A stretch of DNA of 64,000 bases from Chloroflexota bacterium (GCA_030550625.1 JAUQOZ010000052.1:8745-72744), one strand, 5' to 3'. Positions 52,141-62,206 are shown, counted from the stretch's first letter. Notes: a model not told the origin generated them from the sequence alone. Numbers and translations: made by a program.

Positions 52141-52335
52141 TGACAGTTTTCTTAACCGTGCGTACAGGCTATCTGGCAGTGGTACAATAAAGGCTAAGGC
52201 ATCCTAATGGATGGCCAACGAATGAGGGGCGGGTGGCAAGGCGCACATCTCCGCATCATGACGCAGCATAGTGGCGCTTCACCCGGCGCTGAGGCAATGG
52301 CAGGATAGTTGCCGGTGGCTAGCAGGGGAGGCGTT

Positions 52336-53547
52336 ATGGCGAACGAAGGTCACATGAAGTTAGCGGTGCGCGGTGATAAAAACCCGCTCGATGTGGTTGA
52401 GCGCCGGTTGCGCGAACAGATCTTTGGCCAAGAGCGGGCGATCGAGAGTGTGATTCGGGTGCTCAACCGGTCGCGGTTTGGTTTTTCCGCCGGCAATACC
52501 CGCCGTCCGCGCGCGACCCTCCTCTTCCTCGGCCCTACCGGTGTTGGCAAGACGGCCACTGCCCGCGCGTTGGCCGAGCTGCTCCGGCCCGATGGCAGCG
52601 CCTTTCTCAAAATCGATTGCTCGCTGTTTAGCCAAGGCCACGAAGTGAGCGCCTTGGTGGGTGCGCCGCCGAGTTATGTCGGGCGCGACCAGAAGCCGCT
52701 GCTGAACCCCGATATTATCGAGCAAGAGAATAGCGTCGTGCTGTTCGATGAAATCGAGAAGGGCCAGCCTGAGCTATGGAACCTGCTCTTGCAGGTCATG
52801 GAGGATGGCGAGATTCTCTTGCTCAACGGCGGCAGGCGGGTGAGCTTTCAGAATAGTATCGTGATTTTCACCACCAATGTCGGCGCGAAAGAGATGGTTG
52901 ATTTTCTCGACCGGCGCACGATCGGGTTCCGCACGCCGCATAAAGACGTGGAAGCGACTGGGCGCGAAATTTATCAGATCGGGTTTGAAGCTCTGCAGAA
53001 GGTGTTTCAGCCAGAGTGGATCAACCGGCTTGATGAAATCATCGCCTTCCGCCCGCTCTCGGCGGAAACGCTCAGCCAAGTGTTTGATCGCATGATTGCC
53101 GAGTGCAATCAGCAGTATTTGCGATACGCGGTGCAGTTGCGCGTCACGCCAGCCGCCAAAGAATACCTGCTTACCAAAGGGTTTGACTCGCGGTTTGGCG
53201 CGCGGCCATTGCGCCAGCGCATTCTAAAAGATATTGAAGCGCCGCTAGCCGATTTGCTGGCGTCGGGCGGCATTCCTCCCGGCAGCATGATTGAATTGCG
53301 CTACACAGGGGTTGATCTGCACGGCCAAGCGTTGCAATTCTACTACGATGAAGCGCCGGAATTGATCGAGCGGGCTGAGGAGTTGCGCCAGCACGAGTTG
53401 CAGCGGTTGGCGGTCGGCCAGAGCGATGGCCCGCAACCGCCGAGCATTAGCCTGACCCACGAGCGGAGCAACGCCGCCGAAGGCGGGATCTTTACCACCC
53501 GCGGCCCGCGCGCCACGCCGCGCCGCGACCCGCGTGATGGCAGGTAG
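52336..53547 (+). CDS. Standalone single AAA+ ATPase resembling the ClpA/ClpC second (D2) module
   Basis: IFGQERAI, GPTGVGKT, LVGAPPSYVG, VVLFDEIEK, TTNVG...TIGF, WINRLDEII, FGARPLR; no N-domain and no D1. Confidence 0.88.
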   Translation: MANEGHMKLAVRGDKNPLDVVERRLREQIFGQERAIESVIRVLNRSRFGFSAGNTRRPRATLLFLGPTGVGKTATARALAELLRPDGSAFLKIDCSLFSQGHEVSALVGAPPSYVGRDQKPLLNPDIIEQENSVVLFDEIEKGQPELWNLLLQVMEDGEILLLNGGRRVSFQNSIVIFTTNVGAKEMVDFLDRRTIGFRTPHKDVEATGREIYQIGFEALQKVFQPEWINRLDEIIAFRPLSAETLSQVFDRMIAECNQQYLRYAVQLRVTPAAKEYLLTKGFDSRFGARPLRQRILKDIEAPLADLLASGGIPPGSMIELRYTGVDLHGQALQFYYDEAPELIERAEELRQHELQRLAVGQSDGPQPPSISLTHERSNAAEGGIFTTRGPRATPRRDPRDGR

Positions 53548-53750
53548 GAGGCGCAAAGGCCGGACTAGTCAACGCAAAGACGCAGAGGCGCTATAGAGCC
53601 GGACGGCTGTCCGGCTCTCACAACGCACGGGGTTTTTAAGGGGAGGAATGTGTGCTGGCAGCCATATCTGAACATCTAAAAAACCTTCGCGTCTTAGCGC
53701 CTTTGCGTTAAGATTTCTCTGCGTCTTTGCCCCCTCTGCGCCTTTGCCTC
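53548..53750. repeat. Composite inverted-repeat element (CGCAAAGACGCAGAGG family)
   Basis: gaggcgcaaagg and aacgcaaagacgcagaggcgct on the left mirror agcgcctttgcgtt, ctctgcgtctttgc and ctctgcgcctttgcctc on the right; inner hairpin agagccggac-ggct-gtccggctct. Confidence 0.65.
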
Positions 53751-53762
53751 GTTTGCGGCTGC

Positions 53763-54026
53763 TTACGGCGCGTTTGGATTGGGCCGGCGCGAAACCGAGA
53801 GATCAGGTTCGGCTCCGTCAGCCAAAGGGCGCTTGAGCAGGAGATAACTGCGGCCCGGCATCACCGCTTGCACCCCACACACTTCCCAGCCGTCAGCGCC
53901 TAACCCATTGAGAAAGCGACGGGCAAAGCCGGTATTGCGCTCACCCGCTTCGGGATAGCTCTCTTGCCCCTCGACCGAGACGCGCTGCCACGCCTCGACA
54001 AACACGACTTTGTACTCCCAACGCAT
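53763..54026 (-). CDS. DUF4177-like small protein
   Basis: MRWEYKVVF...FLNGLGADGWEV...YLLLKRP; start after AAGGAG. Confidence 0.75.
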   Translation of the reverse strand: MRWEYKVVFVEAWQRVSVEGQESYPEAGERNTGFARRFLNGLGADGWEVCGVQAVMPGRSYLLLKRPLADGAEPDLSVSRRPNPNAP

Positions 54027-54227
54027 ACCATGCTCCTTTTGGTGTGATGCGGCGGGTGGCCGTGGCGCCGGCCCCCGTCGCTGCCGCTGTGCCCCGGTCT
54101 GCCGGGCACATGGGTAGTGTAGAATCGATTTCACGTAATGTCAATTACAAAATTACACCTCTTGCAAGATGGTCACTCTTTGGTGGGGGCAATGCTGCCG
54201 GAATTAAAAAAGTTTTTGGCTTTTTTA

Positions 54228-54266
54228 TTGACAATAGCTTGAAATGCTGGTAGACTACACCGTAGT
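54228..54266 (+). promoter_or_regulatory. suf operon promoter with an overlapping inverted repeat (candidate SufR operator)
   Basis: TTGACA-17 nt-TAGACT; actac-acc-gtagt (54254-54266) overlaps the -10 and the start site. Confidence 0.55.
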
Positions 54267-54285
54267 AGTTCGGAGTAGTGCGACT

Positions 54286-54963
54286 ATGGAAATCTCACGG
54301 TATCCGTCCGATAGTCCAGCCGGCATCATCTTGCGCTACTTGCAGCGCCATGCGCGGGCGACCGTCAAAGAGCTGGCCGATCTGCTCGGCGTCAGTACGA
54401 CGGCAGTGCGCGATCACCTTGTGCATCTGCAAGCCGAAGACATGGTTGAGGTGACGAGCGAGCGCAATGGGCCGGGCCGTCCGCGGTTAGTTTATTCACT
54501 GTCTGCAAAGGCGCAAAAGTCGTTCCCCAAGCAGTACGATCGCTTAATCAGCAGCCTCCTGCGCGAGCTGATCGAGCTAGAAGGCGAGGGGAAGGTTGAG
54601 CAGTTGCTCGATCGGGTCAGCCAACGGCTGGCAAGCGAGTACGCCGACCGGATGGCCGGCAGTGATGTGGCGGCTCGTCTTAACGAGTTGCGCGCGTTGC
54701 TGGAACAGCGCGGCGTGCCGGCTGAGATTGATCCCGAAGGGGACGTGCTGCGTCTCTTCGCCTGCCCGTTCTACGATGTGGCAGCCGATCATCCTGAAGT
54801 CTGCTCAATGGAGCGGCGCATGATCGAGTATGTGCTAGGCGAGAAGCTCGTACTCGAAGATACCATCCGGGCGGGGGCGCATAATTGCCGTTTCGTCTTG
54901 CGCCCAAACGATATTCCGCTCACGGTAGCGCCATCGGTTGCTGATTCTGATGCTAAGGTTTAG
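54286..54963 (+). CDS. sufR: SufR-like Fe-S cluster transcriptional regulator (wHTH)
   Basis: ATVKELADLLGVSTTAVRDHL...GPGRPRLVY; C-terminal CPF...EVC..E...C ligands; first gene of the suf operon. Confidence 0.82.
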   Translation: MEISRYPSDSPAGIILRYLQRHARATVKELADLLGVSTTAVRDHLVHLQAEDMVEVTSERNGPGRPRLVYSLSAKAQKSFPKQYDRLISSLLRELIELEGEGKVEQLLDRVSQRLASEYADRMAGSDVAARLNELRALLEQRGVPAEIDPEGDVLRLFACPFYDVAADHPEVCSMERRMIEYVLGEKLVLEDTIRAGAHNCRFVLRPNDIPLTVAPSVADSDAKV

Positions 54964-54993
54964 GTTTGTTCTGCTTTGTTTAATGAGGAGCAC

Positions 54994-55773
54994 ATGAGCA
55001 ACGATCTGATCATCAAAGATCTCTATGCGCGGATCGGTGACAAAGAGATCCTGCGCGGCGTCAATCTGACGGTGCGGCAAGGCACCATTCATGCGATTAT
55101 GGGCCCGAACGGCAGCGGCAAGAGCACCTTGTCGTATATCATTGCCGGCCATCCTTCGTATGAAGTGACCGGTGGCGAGATTTGGTACAAGGGCCATAAT
55201 CTGCTTGAGCTAGAGCCTGATGAGCGCAGCCGGCTGGGTGTTTTCCTCGCCTTCCAATATCCGGTGGCGGTGCCGGGGGTGACGGTGGCGAATTTCTTGC
55301 GCTCGGCGATCAATGCGCATCGTGCTGAGGAGGGCAAGGATCCGAAGGAAACGGCGATTCCGGCAGCCGAGTTCCGTAAGCTGCTGCGCGAAGGTTTCAA
55401 TATGCTGGATATGGACGAGAGCTTCGCTCGCCGCTACCTCAACGATGGCTTCAGCGGCGGCGAGAAGAAGCGGCTGGAGATTTTGCAGATGATGTTGCTC
55501 AAGCCTTCGATGGCGGTGCTCGATGAGACCGACTCGGGGCTTGATATTGATGCACTGCGGATTGTAGCCAATGGCGTCAATCGTTTGGCCGGTCCCGAGA
55601 TGGGCGTGTTGGTGATTACCCACTACCAGCGCCTGCTCAACTACATCAAGCCCGATGTGGTGTCGGTAATGATGGATGGCCGCATCGTCCGCGAGGGCGG
55701 CCCCGAATTGGCGCTTGAGCTGGAGGAGAAGGGTTACGACTGGCTCCGCGAGGAGCTGACCGGTGCGGCCTAA
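54994..55773 (+). CDS. sufC: Fe-S cluster assembly ATPase SufC
   Basis: [46 protein letters not shown]. Confidence 0.98.
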   Translation: MSNDLIIKDLYARIGDKEILRGVNLTVRQGTIHAIMGPNGSGKSTLSYIIAGHPSYEVTGGEIWYKGHNLLELEPDERSRLGVFLAFQYPVAVPGVTVANFLRSAINAHRAEEGKDPKETAIPAAEFRKLLREGFNMLDMDESFARRYLNDGFSGGEKKRLEILQMMLLKPSMAVLDETDSGLDIDALRIVANGVNRLAGPEMGVLVITHYQRLLNYIKPDVVSVMMDGRIVREGGPELALELEEKGYDWLREELTGAA

Positions 55774-55778
55774 GGGAG

Positions 55779-56999
55779 ATGCGCATGACAACGACATTGC
55801 CAACCCTGAATGAGATCAGCGCCGAGATGGTCGTGGCTCGTTCGCAGGCAGCCGGCGAACCGGCGTGGCTCACTGAACGGCGGCGCGAGGCGTGGACGGC
55901 GTTTGCCCAGATGAACCCCCCGGAGTGGCGGCGCACCGATCTGAGCAAGCTTGACCCGACCACGATCGCTCCTTCCGATGGCGTCCATGCGACTGCGATC
56001 CAGTGGGATCCAGAACTGGCGGCGCAAGGCGTCGTCTTTACGACGCTGGCGGCGGCGCTGCATACCCACGAGGCGCTGATTCAGAAGTATCTGGATACGG
56101 CGGTTGAGCCGTTGAAGCATAAATTTAGCGCGCTGCGGGCGGCGCTCTGGCAAGATGGCGCCCTGCTCTATGTGCCCAAAGGTGTGGCGATTGAGGTGCC
56201 GCTGCGCTTGATTTACACCCTCGCGGCTGATGGCGTGGCAATTTTTCCGCGCACGCTGGTCATCGTCGAACCGCAAGCCAGCGTGACTTTGATCGAGGAG
56301 TTTACCTCGCCTGATCTGCGCGCGGGGTCATTCGCCGGCCCGATCACCGAGCTGTTCGTCGGTGATGGCGCGAGTGTCCGCTTTGTCAGCATCCAGCATT
56401 GGGGCAGCGGGGTCTACCATCTGGGCGGCCAGCGCGCGATCCTTGCCCGCGATGCTAATCTCGAATGGACTTCGATCCAATTGGGCGGGCAGGTGCAGCA
56501 TATCGAGGCTGAAACGACCCTCGTAGGCAATGGTTCGCGCCTCAATTGGCTGGGAGCGACCTTTGCCGCTGATACGCAGCATCTGGTGATTGCGCCGTGG
56601 ATGCGCCACGTCGGCCACAATTGCGAGAGCTTCATGCAGTTTAAGACGGTGGTCAACGATACCGCGTACAGCGTGTTCGATGGCATGATCAAGATCGAGC
56701 ACGAGTCGGCGGCGACGAGCACTCGCTTGGAAGAGCATGCGCTGCACCTTAGCCCCAAGGCGCGCAACGATAGCATTCCCGGCCTGATGATCAGCACGAA
56801 CGATGTGCTGAAGGGCGGGCATGCCTCGACCAGCGGCGACATCGATCAAGAGCAGCTCTTCTATATGCAGACCCGTGGTATTCCACGCGCCGAAGCGCAG
56901 CGGATGATCGTGATGGGCTTCTTTGAGCCGGCGCTGGAGACGGTGCCGCTGGAGGAGCTGCGGGCGGAGTTGACGGCTGAGATTGCAGCCAAGATTTGA
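55779..56999 (+). CDS. sufD: Fe-S cluster assembly protein SufD
   Basis: PPEWRRTD, FSALRAALWQDG, SIPGLMISTNDV..GHAST.GDID.EQLFYMQTRGI. Confidence 0.93.
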   Translation: MRMTTTLPTLNEISAEMVVARSQAAGEPAWLTERRREAWTAFAQMNPPEWRRTDLSKLDPTTIAPSDGVHATAIQWDPELAAQGVVFTTLAAALHTHEALIQKYLDTAVEPLKHKFSALRAALWQDGALLYVPKGVAIEVPLRLIYTLAADGVAIFPRTLVIVEPQASVTLIEEFTSPDLRAGSFAGPITELFVGDGASVRFVSIQHWGSGVYHLGGQRAILARDANLEWTSIQLGGQVQHIEAETTLVGNGSRLNWLGATFAADTQHLVIAPWMRHVGHNCESFMQFKTVVNDTAYSVFDGMIKIEHESAATSTRLEEHALHLSPKARNDSIPGLMISTNDVLKGGHASTSGDIDQEQLFYMQTRGIPRAEAQRMIVMGFFEPALETVPLEELRAELTAEIAAKI

Positions 57000-57011
57000 T
57001 TGCAATCGCGT

Positions 57012-57162
57012 GGAGTGCGGTAGTGAGACTGCCGCACTCCCAATAGAGCGCTGCTCGGCAGGTTTGTGGGCTAGAGCCTAACGCAGGCTAAGGAATCAGT
57101 CCATTACTCTCGGTTCGTTGTTATGTGGTTCGCCGTGCGATGGGCGAGGGAAGCGCCTCGCC
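57012..57162. repeat. Cluster of palindromic repeats between sufD and sufS
   Basis: ggagtgcggtagt-gag-actgccgcactcc (57012-57040); agcct-aacgc-aggct; ggcgagg-gaagcg-cctcgcc (57143-57162). Confidence 0.6.
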
Positions 57163-57211
57163 AGTGCGTCTGGCGTCCGGTCGCTGGCCGGCGTGCAGAT
57201 AAGGTGGAGCT

Positions 57212-58450
57212 ATGGCGACACTGTCACAGTTTGACGTGATTACGCTGCGGCGCGATTTTCCGATCCTCCATCAGGAGGTGCATGGCAAGCCGCTGGCGTT
57301 TCTCGATAGCGCAGCCTCGTCGCAAAAGCCGCGGCGTGTGATTGAGGCGCTGGAAGATTATTACCGGCGCTACAATGCCAACGTTCACCGCGGTGTCTAT
57401 CGCCTGAGCGAGGACGCGACCTTTGCCTACGAGCGCGCACGCGGCAAGTTGGCCCGCTTGATCAACGCGCCGAGCCAGCGTGAAGTGATCTTTGTGCGTA
57501 ACACCACCGAGGCGATCAATCTGGTTGCCTATTCGTGGGGCAGCGCTAACGTTCGGGCCGGCGATCGCATTCTGCTCACGATGATGGAGCACCATTCCAA
57601 CATCGTGCCTTGGCAGTTGCTGGCCCAGCGCACCGGCGCCGAGTTGGTCTATCTGCCGTTTGATGGTCAGGGTCGCTTGGTGTTAGACGATCTCGACCGT
57701 CTGCTCGATGAGCGGGTCAAGCTGGTTGCTTTTACCCATCAATCGAACGTCTTCGGCACCATCAATCCGGTGGAAACGATCGTGGCGCGGGCGCGGGCGG
57801 TTGGCGCGCGGGTGTTGCTCGATGCGGCCCAGAGCGTACCGCACATGCCAGTTGATGTGCAGGCGCTAGGGGTTGATTTTCTCGCCTTCAGCGGGCATAA
57901 GATGTGCGGCCCGACTGGCGCCGGCGTGCTGTGGGGGCGGCGCGAGCTGCTCAACGCAATGCCTCCTTTCCTCGGCGGCGGCTCGATGATCGATCTGGTG
58001 GAGCTGGATCACAGCACCTTTGCCGCAGTACCGGCCCGCTTCGAGGCCGGAACGCCAGCGATTGGCGAGGCGATTGCGCTTGGTGAAGCGGCAGATTATC
58101 TGCAAGAGGTGGGGTTGGCGGCGATCCACCACCACGAGCAGGAGTTGACGGCGTATGCGCTGGAGCGATTGGCTGAGGTGCCGGGTCTAACCGTCTATGG
58201 GCCGCCGGCAGGGCCGGATCGGGGTGGCGCGGTGAGCTTCTCGCTCGAAGGGGTGCATCCGCATGATGTGGCCGCCATCCTCGACCAAGAGGGGGTGGCG
58301 GTGCGGGCCGGCCATCACTGCACCCAGCCGTTGCACCGGGTGCTGGGAGTGCCGGCGACGACGCGAGCGAGTTTCTATCTCTACAACTTGCCCGAAGAGA
58401 TCGACCGGCTCGTGGCGGCGCTGCGCAAGGCGCGCCAGATCTTTGCCTGA
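57212..58450 (+). CDS. sufS: Cysteine desulfurase SufS (group II)
   Basis: FLDSAASSQKP, ANVHRG, FSGHKMCGPTG (PLP Lys), VRAGHHC catalytic Cys. Confidence 0.97.
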   Translation: MATLSQFDVITLRRDFPILHQEVHGKPLAFLDSAASSQKPRRVIEALEDYYRRYNANVHRGVYRLSEDATFAYERARGKLARLINAPSQREVIFVRNTTEAINLVAYSWGSANVRAGDRILLTMMEHHSNIVPWQLLAQRTGAELVYLPFDGQGRLVLDDLDRLLDERVKLVAFTHQSNVFGTINPVETIVARARAVGARVLLDAAQSVPHMPVDVQALGVDFLAFSGHKMCGPTGAGVLWGRRELLNAMPPFLGGGSMIDLVELDHSTFAAVPARFEAGTPAIGEAIALGEAADYLQEVGLAAIHHHEQELTAYALERLAEVPGLTVYGPPAGPDRGGAVSFSLEGVHPHDVAAILDQEGVAVRAGHHCTQPLHRVLGVPATTRASFYLYNLPEEIDRLVAALRKARQIFA

Positions 58451-58463
58451 ACCACAGCGAGTT

Positions 58464-58862
58464 ATGGCTATGGATGACATCTATCGCGAACAGATTCTCG
58501 AACATGCCCGTCATCCGCGTAACTATGGCCACTTGCCGGCGCCGACGGTGGTGCGTGAAGAGCGTAACCCGCTCTGCGGCGATCAGATCCGGCTTGAGTT
58601 GGCCATCGCTGACGATGTGATCACCGATGTACGCTTTACCGGGCGCGGCTGCGCGATTAGCCAAGCTAGCGCCTCGCTGCTCACCGAGGCGATCAAGGGG
58701 AAACCGGTCGCCGAGGCCAAGCAGTTTAGTAAGGATGATTTGCTCGAGATCATCGGGATACCGCTGACCCATAATCCGACCCGGCTCAAGTGCGCACTGC
58801 TTTCACTCAAGGCGCTCAAAGCCGGTCTGTATGGGGTGGGTCAAGAGGATGAAGAGATATAA
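58464..58862 (+). CDS. sufU: SufU (IscU-like sulfur-transfer protein)
   Basis: YREQILEHARHPRN, NPLCGD, GRGCAISQAS, RLKCAL. Confidence 0.93.
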   Translation: MAMDDIYREQILEHARHPRNYGHLPAPTVVREERNPLCGDQIRLELAIADDVITDVRFTGRGCAISQASASLLTEAIKGKPVAEAKQFSKDDLLEIIGIPLTHNPTRLKCALLSLKALKAGLYGVGQEDEEI

Positions 58863-58896
58863 GTGGCGTCGATCATACTAGCAAAGGAGAGAAACA

Positions 58897-60312
58897 GTGG
58901 TCGCTGAAGCGGTCAATTTGCAGTTTGACTACTCGCGCTATGGCTTCCGGCAGGAAGAGCGCTATGTCTATAAAGCGCCTAAAGGTTTGAACGAGCGCAT
59001 TGTGCGCGAACTTTCCGGCATGAAGGGCGAGCCGGAGTGGATGTTGAAGCGGCGGCTGCGCGCGCTCGAGATTTTCAACAAGAAGCCGACGCCGCTGGTC
59101 GGCACGTGGGCCAACCCAGAACTGGCCGAGCTGAATTACGATGACATTCACTACTTCGTGCGCGCTAACGAGCGCCCGCAGACTGACTGGGATGCGGTGC
59201 CGCCGGAGATCAAGAATACTTTTGAGCGGCTGGGCATTCCCGAAGCCGAGCGCAAGTTCCTCGCCGGCGTCGGCGCGCAGTATGAGTCGGAAGTCGTCTA
59301 CCACTCGCTGCGCGAAGAGTGGGCTAAGCAAGGCGTGATCTTCCTCGATACCGACACCGCGCTGAAAGAGTACCCTGAGTTCTTCAAGGAGTACTTCGGC
59401 ACTATTGTGCCGGCGGCTGACAACAAGTACGCTGCGCTCAACACCGCGGTCTGGTCGGGCGGCTCGTTCGTCTACGTGCCGAAGGGGGTCAAGGTCGATA
59501 TTCCGCTGCAAGCCTACTTCCGCATCAACGCCGAGCGCATGGGCCAGTTCGAGCGCACACTGATCATCATTGATGAGGGCGCCGAAGCGCACTACATCGA
59601 AGGGTGTACCGCGCCGATCTACAGCACCAACTCGCTCCACTCGGCGGTGGTCGAGGTGATTGTCAAGAAAGGCGGCAAGTTCCGCTACACCACCATCCAG
59701 AACTGGGCCAACAATATCTTCAATCTAGTCACCAAGCGGGCGGTGGCTTACGAAGAGGCCAGCATGGAGTGGGTGGACGGCAATATCGGCTCGAAGCTGA
59801 CCATGAAGTACCCGTCGGTCTACCTGATGGGCCGCAAAGCGCGCGGTGAGGTGCTCTCGGTGGCGTATGCCGGTCGCGGCCAGCACCAAGACGCCGGCGC
59901 CAAGATGGTGCATCTTGCGCCAGAGACGACCTCGCGCATCACCAACAAGTCGGTGAGCAAAGACGGTGGCAAGACCACCTACCGCGGTCTGGCCAAAGTC
60001 GCGCCGGGGGCGTATGGCGCCAAGATCAACGTCAACTGCGACGCGCTGATCCTCGACGAGAAGTCGGCCTCGGACACGATCCCGTACATCGAGATCGAGG
60101 AGGATCGCTGCACGCTGGCCCACGAAGCAACCGTTGGCCGCATCGGCGCCGAGCAGCTCTTCTACCTGATGAGCCGCGGTATTTCCGAGTCGGATGCGCT
60201 CTCGATGATCGTGCTTGGCTTCATGGAGCCGTTCACCCGTGAGCTGCCGATGGAGTATGCGGTCGAGCTGAACCGCCTGATCCAGCTTGAGATGGAAGGG
60301 TCGGTCGGCTAA
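58897..60312 (+). CDS. sufB: Fe-S cluster assembly protein SufB
   Basis: [61 protein letters not shown]. Confidence 0.98.
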   Translation: MVAEAVNLQFDYSRYGFRQEERYVYKAPKGLNERIVRELSGMKGEPEWMLKRRLRALEIFNKKPTPLVGTWANPELAELNYDDIHYFVRANERPQTDWDAVPPEIKNTFERLGIPEAERKFLAGVGAQYESEVVYHSLREEWAKQGVIFLDTDTALKEYPEFFKEYFGTIVPAADNKYAALNTAVWSGGSFVYVPKGVKVDIPLQAYFRINAERMGQFERTLIIIDEGAEAHYIEGCTAPIYSTNSLHSAVVEVIVKKGGKFRYTTIQNWANNIFNLVTKRAVAYEEASMEWVDGNIGSKLTMKYPSVYLMGRKARGEVLSVAYAGRGQHQDAGAKMVHLAPETTSRITNKSVSKDGGKTTYRGLAKVAPGAYGAKINVNCDALILDEKSASDTIPYIEIEEDRCTLAHEATVGRIGAEQLFYLMSRGISESDALSMIVLGFMEPFTRELPMEYAVELNRLIQLEMEGSVG

Positions 60313-60321
60313 GAGCGTGGT

Positions 60322-60447
60322 GTAGGGGTGAGAGAGACGAGCGCTCCCATGCATTGGGGGCGCTCTGTTGTTGGGCAACGTATGGGCGGAGCGCCGCTTT
60401 GCCCGTACCAGTGGAGAGGCATGGGCAGAGCGTCGCTCTGCCCATAC
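60322..60447. repeat. REP cluster after sufB
   Basis: gagcgctccc...gggggcgctc (60339-60365); gtatgggcggagcg-c-cgctttgcccgtac (60380-60408); atgggcagagcg-t-cgctctgcccat (60421-60445). Confidence 0.75.
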
Positions 60448-60462
60448 ATAGAGGAGCAAATC

Positions 60463-60777
60463 ATGATTGACGTATGCGATGTCAACGAGGTGCCGGTGGG
60501 GGGTGGGCGCGCGTTTACGATTGCGGGCCGCCGGATTGCGATTTTTCGGGTGGCGGAAGGTGAAGTCTACGCGATCGATGACCGCTGTTCGCACGACGAA
60601 GCTTCGCTGAGCGAAGGCGATGTTGATCTCGACGAGTTGTGCGTCGAGTGTCCAATGCATGGTTCGCTGTTCGATCTGCGTACCGGCAAGCCGCGCACGC
60701 TGCCGGCGTTTACGCCAGTCGCGACCTACCGCAGCGAAGTGCGCAATGGCCGGATATTTGTTGAGTTTTCAGCGTAA
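60463..60777 (+). CDS. Rieske-type [2Fe-2S] ferredoxin
   Basis: DRCSHD and VECPMHGSLFDL (CxH...CxxH); start after GAGGAG. Confidence 0.93.
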   Translation: MIDVCDVNEVPVGGGRAFTIAGRRIAIFRVAEGEVYAIDDRCSHDEASLSEGDVDLDELCVECPMHGSLFDLRTGKPRTLPAFTPVATYRSEVRNGRIFVEFSA

Positions 60778-60850
60778 GAACTTGACTAATAGATCGAAAC
60801 GCGCTACAATGGCAGTATCAAGAAGCTGCTGCGGCTAAGCGGAGGTTGCT

Positions 60851-61702
60851 ATGAGCGGTTATGCCCATCCTGAAGCGCTGGTCGAGACCCAGTGGGTTGC
60901 TGACCACTTAAACGATCCTAACGTCCGCATCGTAGAAAGCGATGAGGACTTGCTGTTGTACGAGACCGGCCACATTCCCGGCGCGGTCAAGATTGACTGG
61001 GTGCAGGATCTGAACGATCCGGTGGTGCGCGACTATCTTGATTCCGAGCGGTTTGCGGCGCTGATGCGCGCCAAAGGCATTAGCAACGACACCACCGTCG
61101 TACTTTATGGCGACAAGCATAACTGGTGGGCGACGTATGCATTCTGGGTCTTCAAGCTGTTCGGCCACCGCGATGTGCGGATCATGAACGGCGGGCGGGC
61201 GAAATGGATCGCCGAAGGTCGCCCGCTCACCCGCGAGGTGCCGTCGTACCCCCCCGGCAACTACGTCGCTCCACCGCGTGATGACTCGCGCATCCGCGCC
61301 TTCCGCGATCAGGTGCTGGAGTTTGTCCGCCAGCGCAAGGGGGCGCTGGTTGATGTGCGCAGTCCGCAGGAGTATACCGGCGAGCGCACCCACATGCCTG
61401 ATTATCCACAAGAGGGCACGCTGCGCGGCGGCCATATCCCGACTGCGGTGAACATTCCGTGGGCGAAGGCGGTGAACGAAGACAGCACGTTCAAGAGCCC
61501 TGAAGAGCTGCGCGAGCTGTACGCCTCGCAAGGGATTACCCCCGACAAGGAGGTGATCGCCTACTGCCGGATCGGCGAGCGCAGCAGCCATACGTGGTTT
61601 GTGTTGACCTACTTGCTTGGCTATCCGCAGGTACGCAACTACGACGGGAGCTGGACGGAGTGGGGCAATAGCGTCGGTCTGCCGATCGAGAAGAACGTGT
61701 AG
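60851..61702 (+). CDS. Thiosulfate sulfurtransferase (two-domain rhodanese, SseA/CysA-like)
   Basis: [15 protein letters not shown], active loop [17 protein letters not shown]. Confidence 0.95.
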   Translation: MSGYAHPEALVETQWVADHLNDPNVRIVESDEDLLLYETGHIPGAVKIDWVQDLNDPVVRDYLDSERFAALMRAKGISNDTTVVLYGDKHNWWATYAFWVFKLFGHRDVRIMNGGRAKWIAEGRPLTREVPSYPPGNYVAPPRDDSRIRAFRDQVLEFVRQRKGALVDVRSPQEYTGERTHMPDYPQEGTLRGGHIPTAVNIPWAKAVNEDSTFKSPEELRELYASQGITPDKEVIAYCRIGERSSHTWFVLTYLLGYPQVRNYDGSWTEWGNSVGLPIEKNV

Positions 61703-61718
61703 TGGTGCCAACGAGCAA

Positions 61719-61794
61719 GGGAACGAATAAACGGATGCATATCGTGCGGGACAAATACTTTTATAATGTTCTAGCCATTCGTTTATTCGTTCCC
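61719..61794. repeat. Inverted-repeat element with 19-bp arms and a 38-nt AT-rich spacer
   Basis: gggaacgaataaacggatg ... cattcgtttattcgttccc (one mismatch). Confidence 0.75.
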
Positions 61795-61819
61795 ACGATG
61801 CAAGAACTCGTTGACACCT

Positions 61820-62206
61820 ATGACTCACTTAGACATCATTGATCGCCTGCTCGATCACTACCGGCGACCACGCCACTATGGCGAGCTGGCCGATGCGGTA
61901 GCGTACACTATGGGCGTGCCTGAGTGCAGCGATACGCTCACCGTCTATCTGCGCGTTGCGCCAGACGGTCGCCTTGAGGCGCTGCAATTTACCGGCCAAG
62001 GGTGTAGTGTCAGCATGGGTACGGCCTCGATCGTCATGGAACAATTGCAAGGGGCAACCCTCGCCGATCTGCTGGCGCTCGATGAAGCGGCAGCGGTAAA
62101 CATTGTCGGCGCTGAGATTATGCAAGCACGGCCCCGTTGCGCAACGCTGGTGTTCAGTGCGCTCAAGGCGGCAGCCCGGCTGATTGACCTTCCGGCGGAT
62201 AGGTGA
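61820..62206 (+). CDS. Second SufU/IscU-like protein
   Basis: LLDHYRRPRHYG, PECSD, GQGCSVS, RPRCA: three Cys plus the Asp are conserved. Confidence 0.82.
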   Translation: MTHLDIIDRLLDHYRRPRHYGELADAVAYTMGVPECSDTLTVYLRVAPDGRLEALQFTGQGCSVSMGTASIVMEQLQGATLADLLALDEAAAVNIVGAEIMQARPRCATLVFSALKAAARLIDLPADR

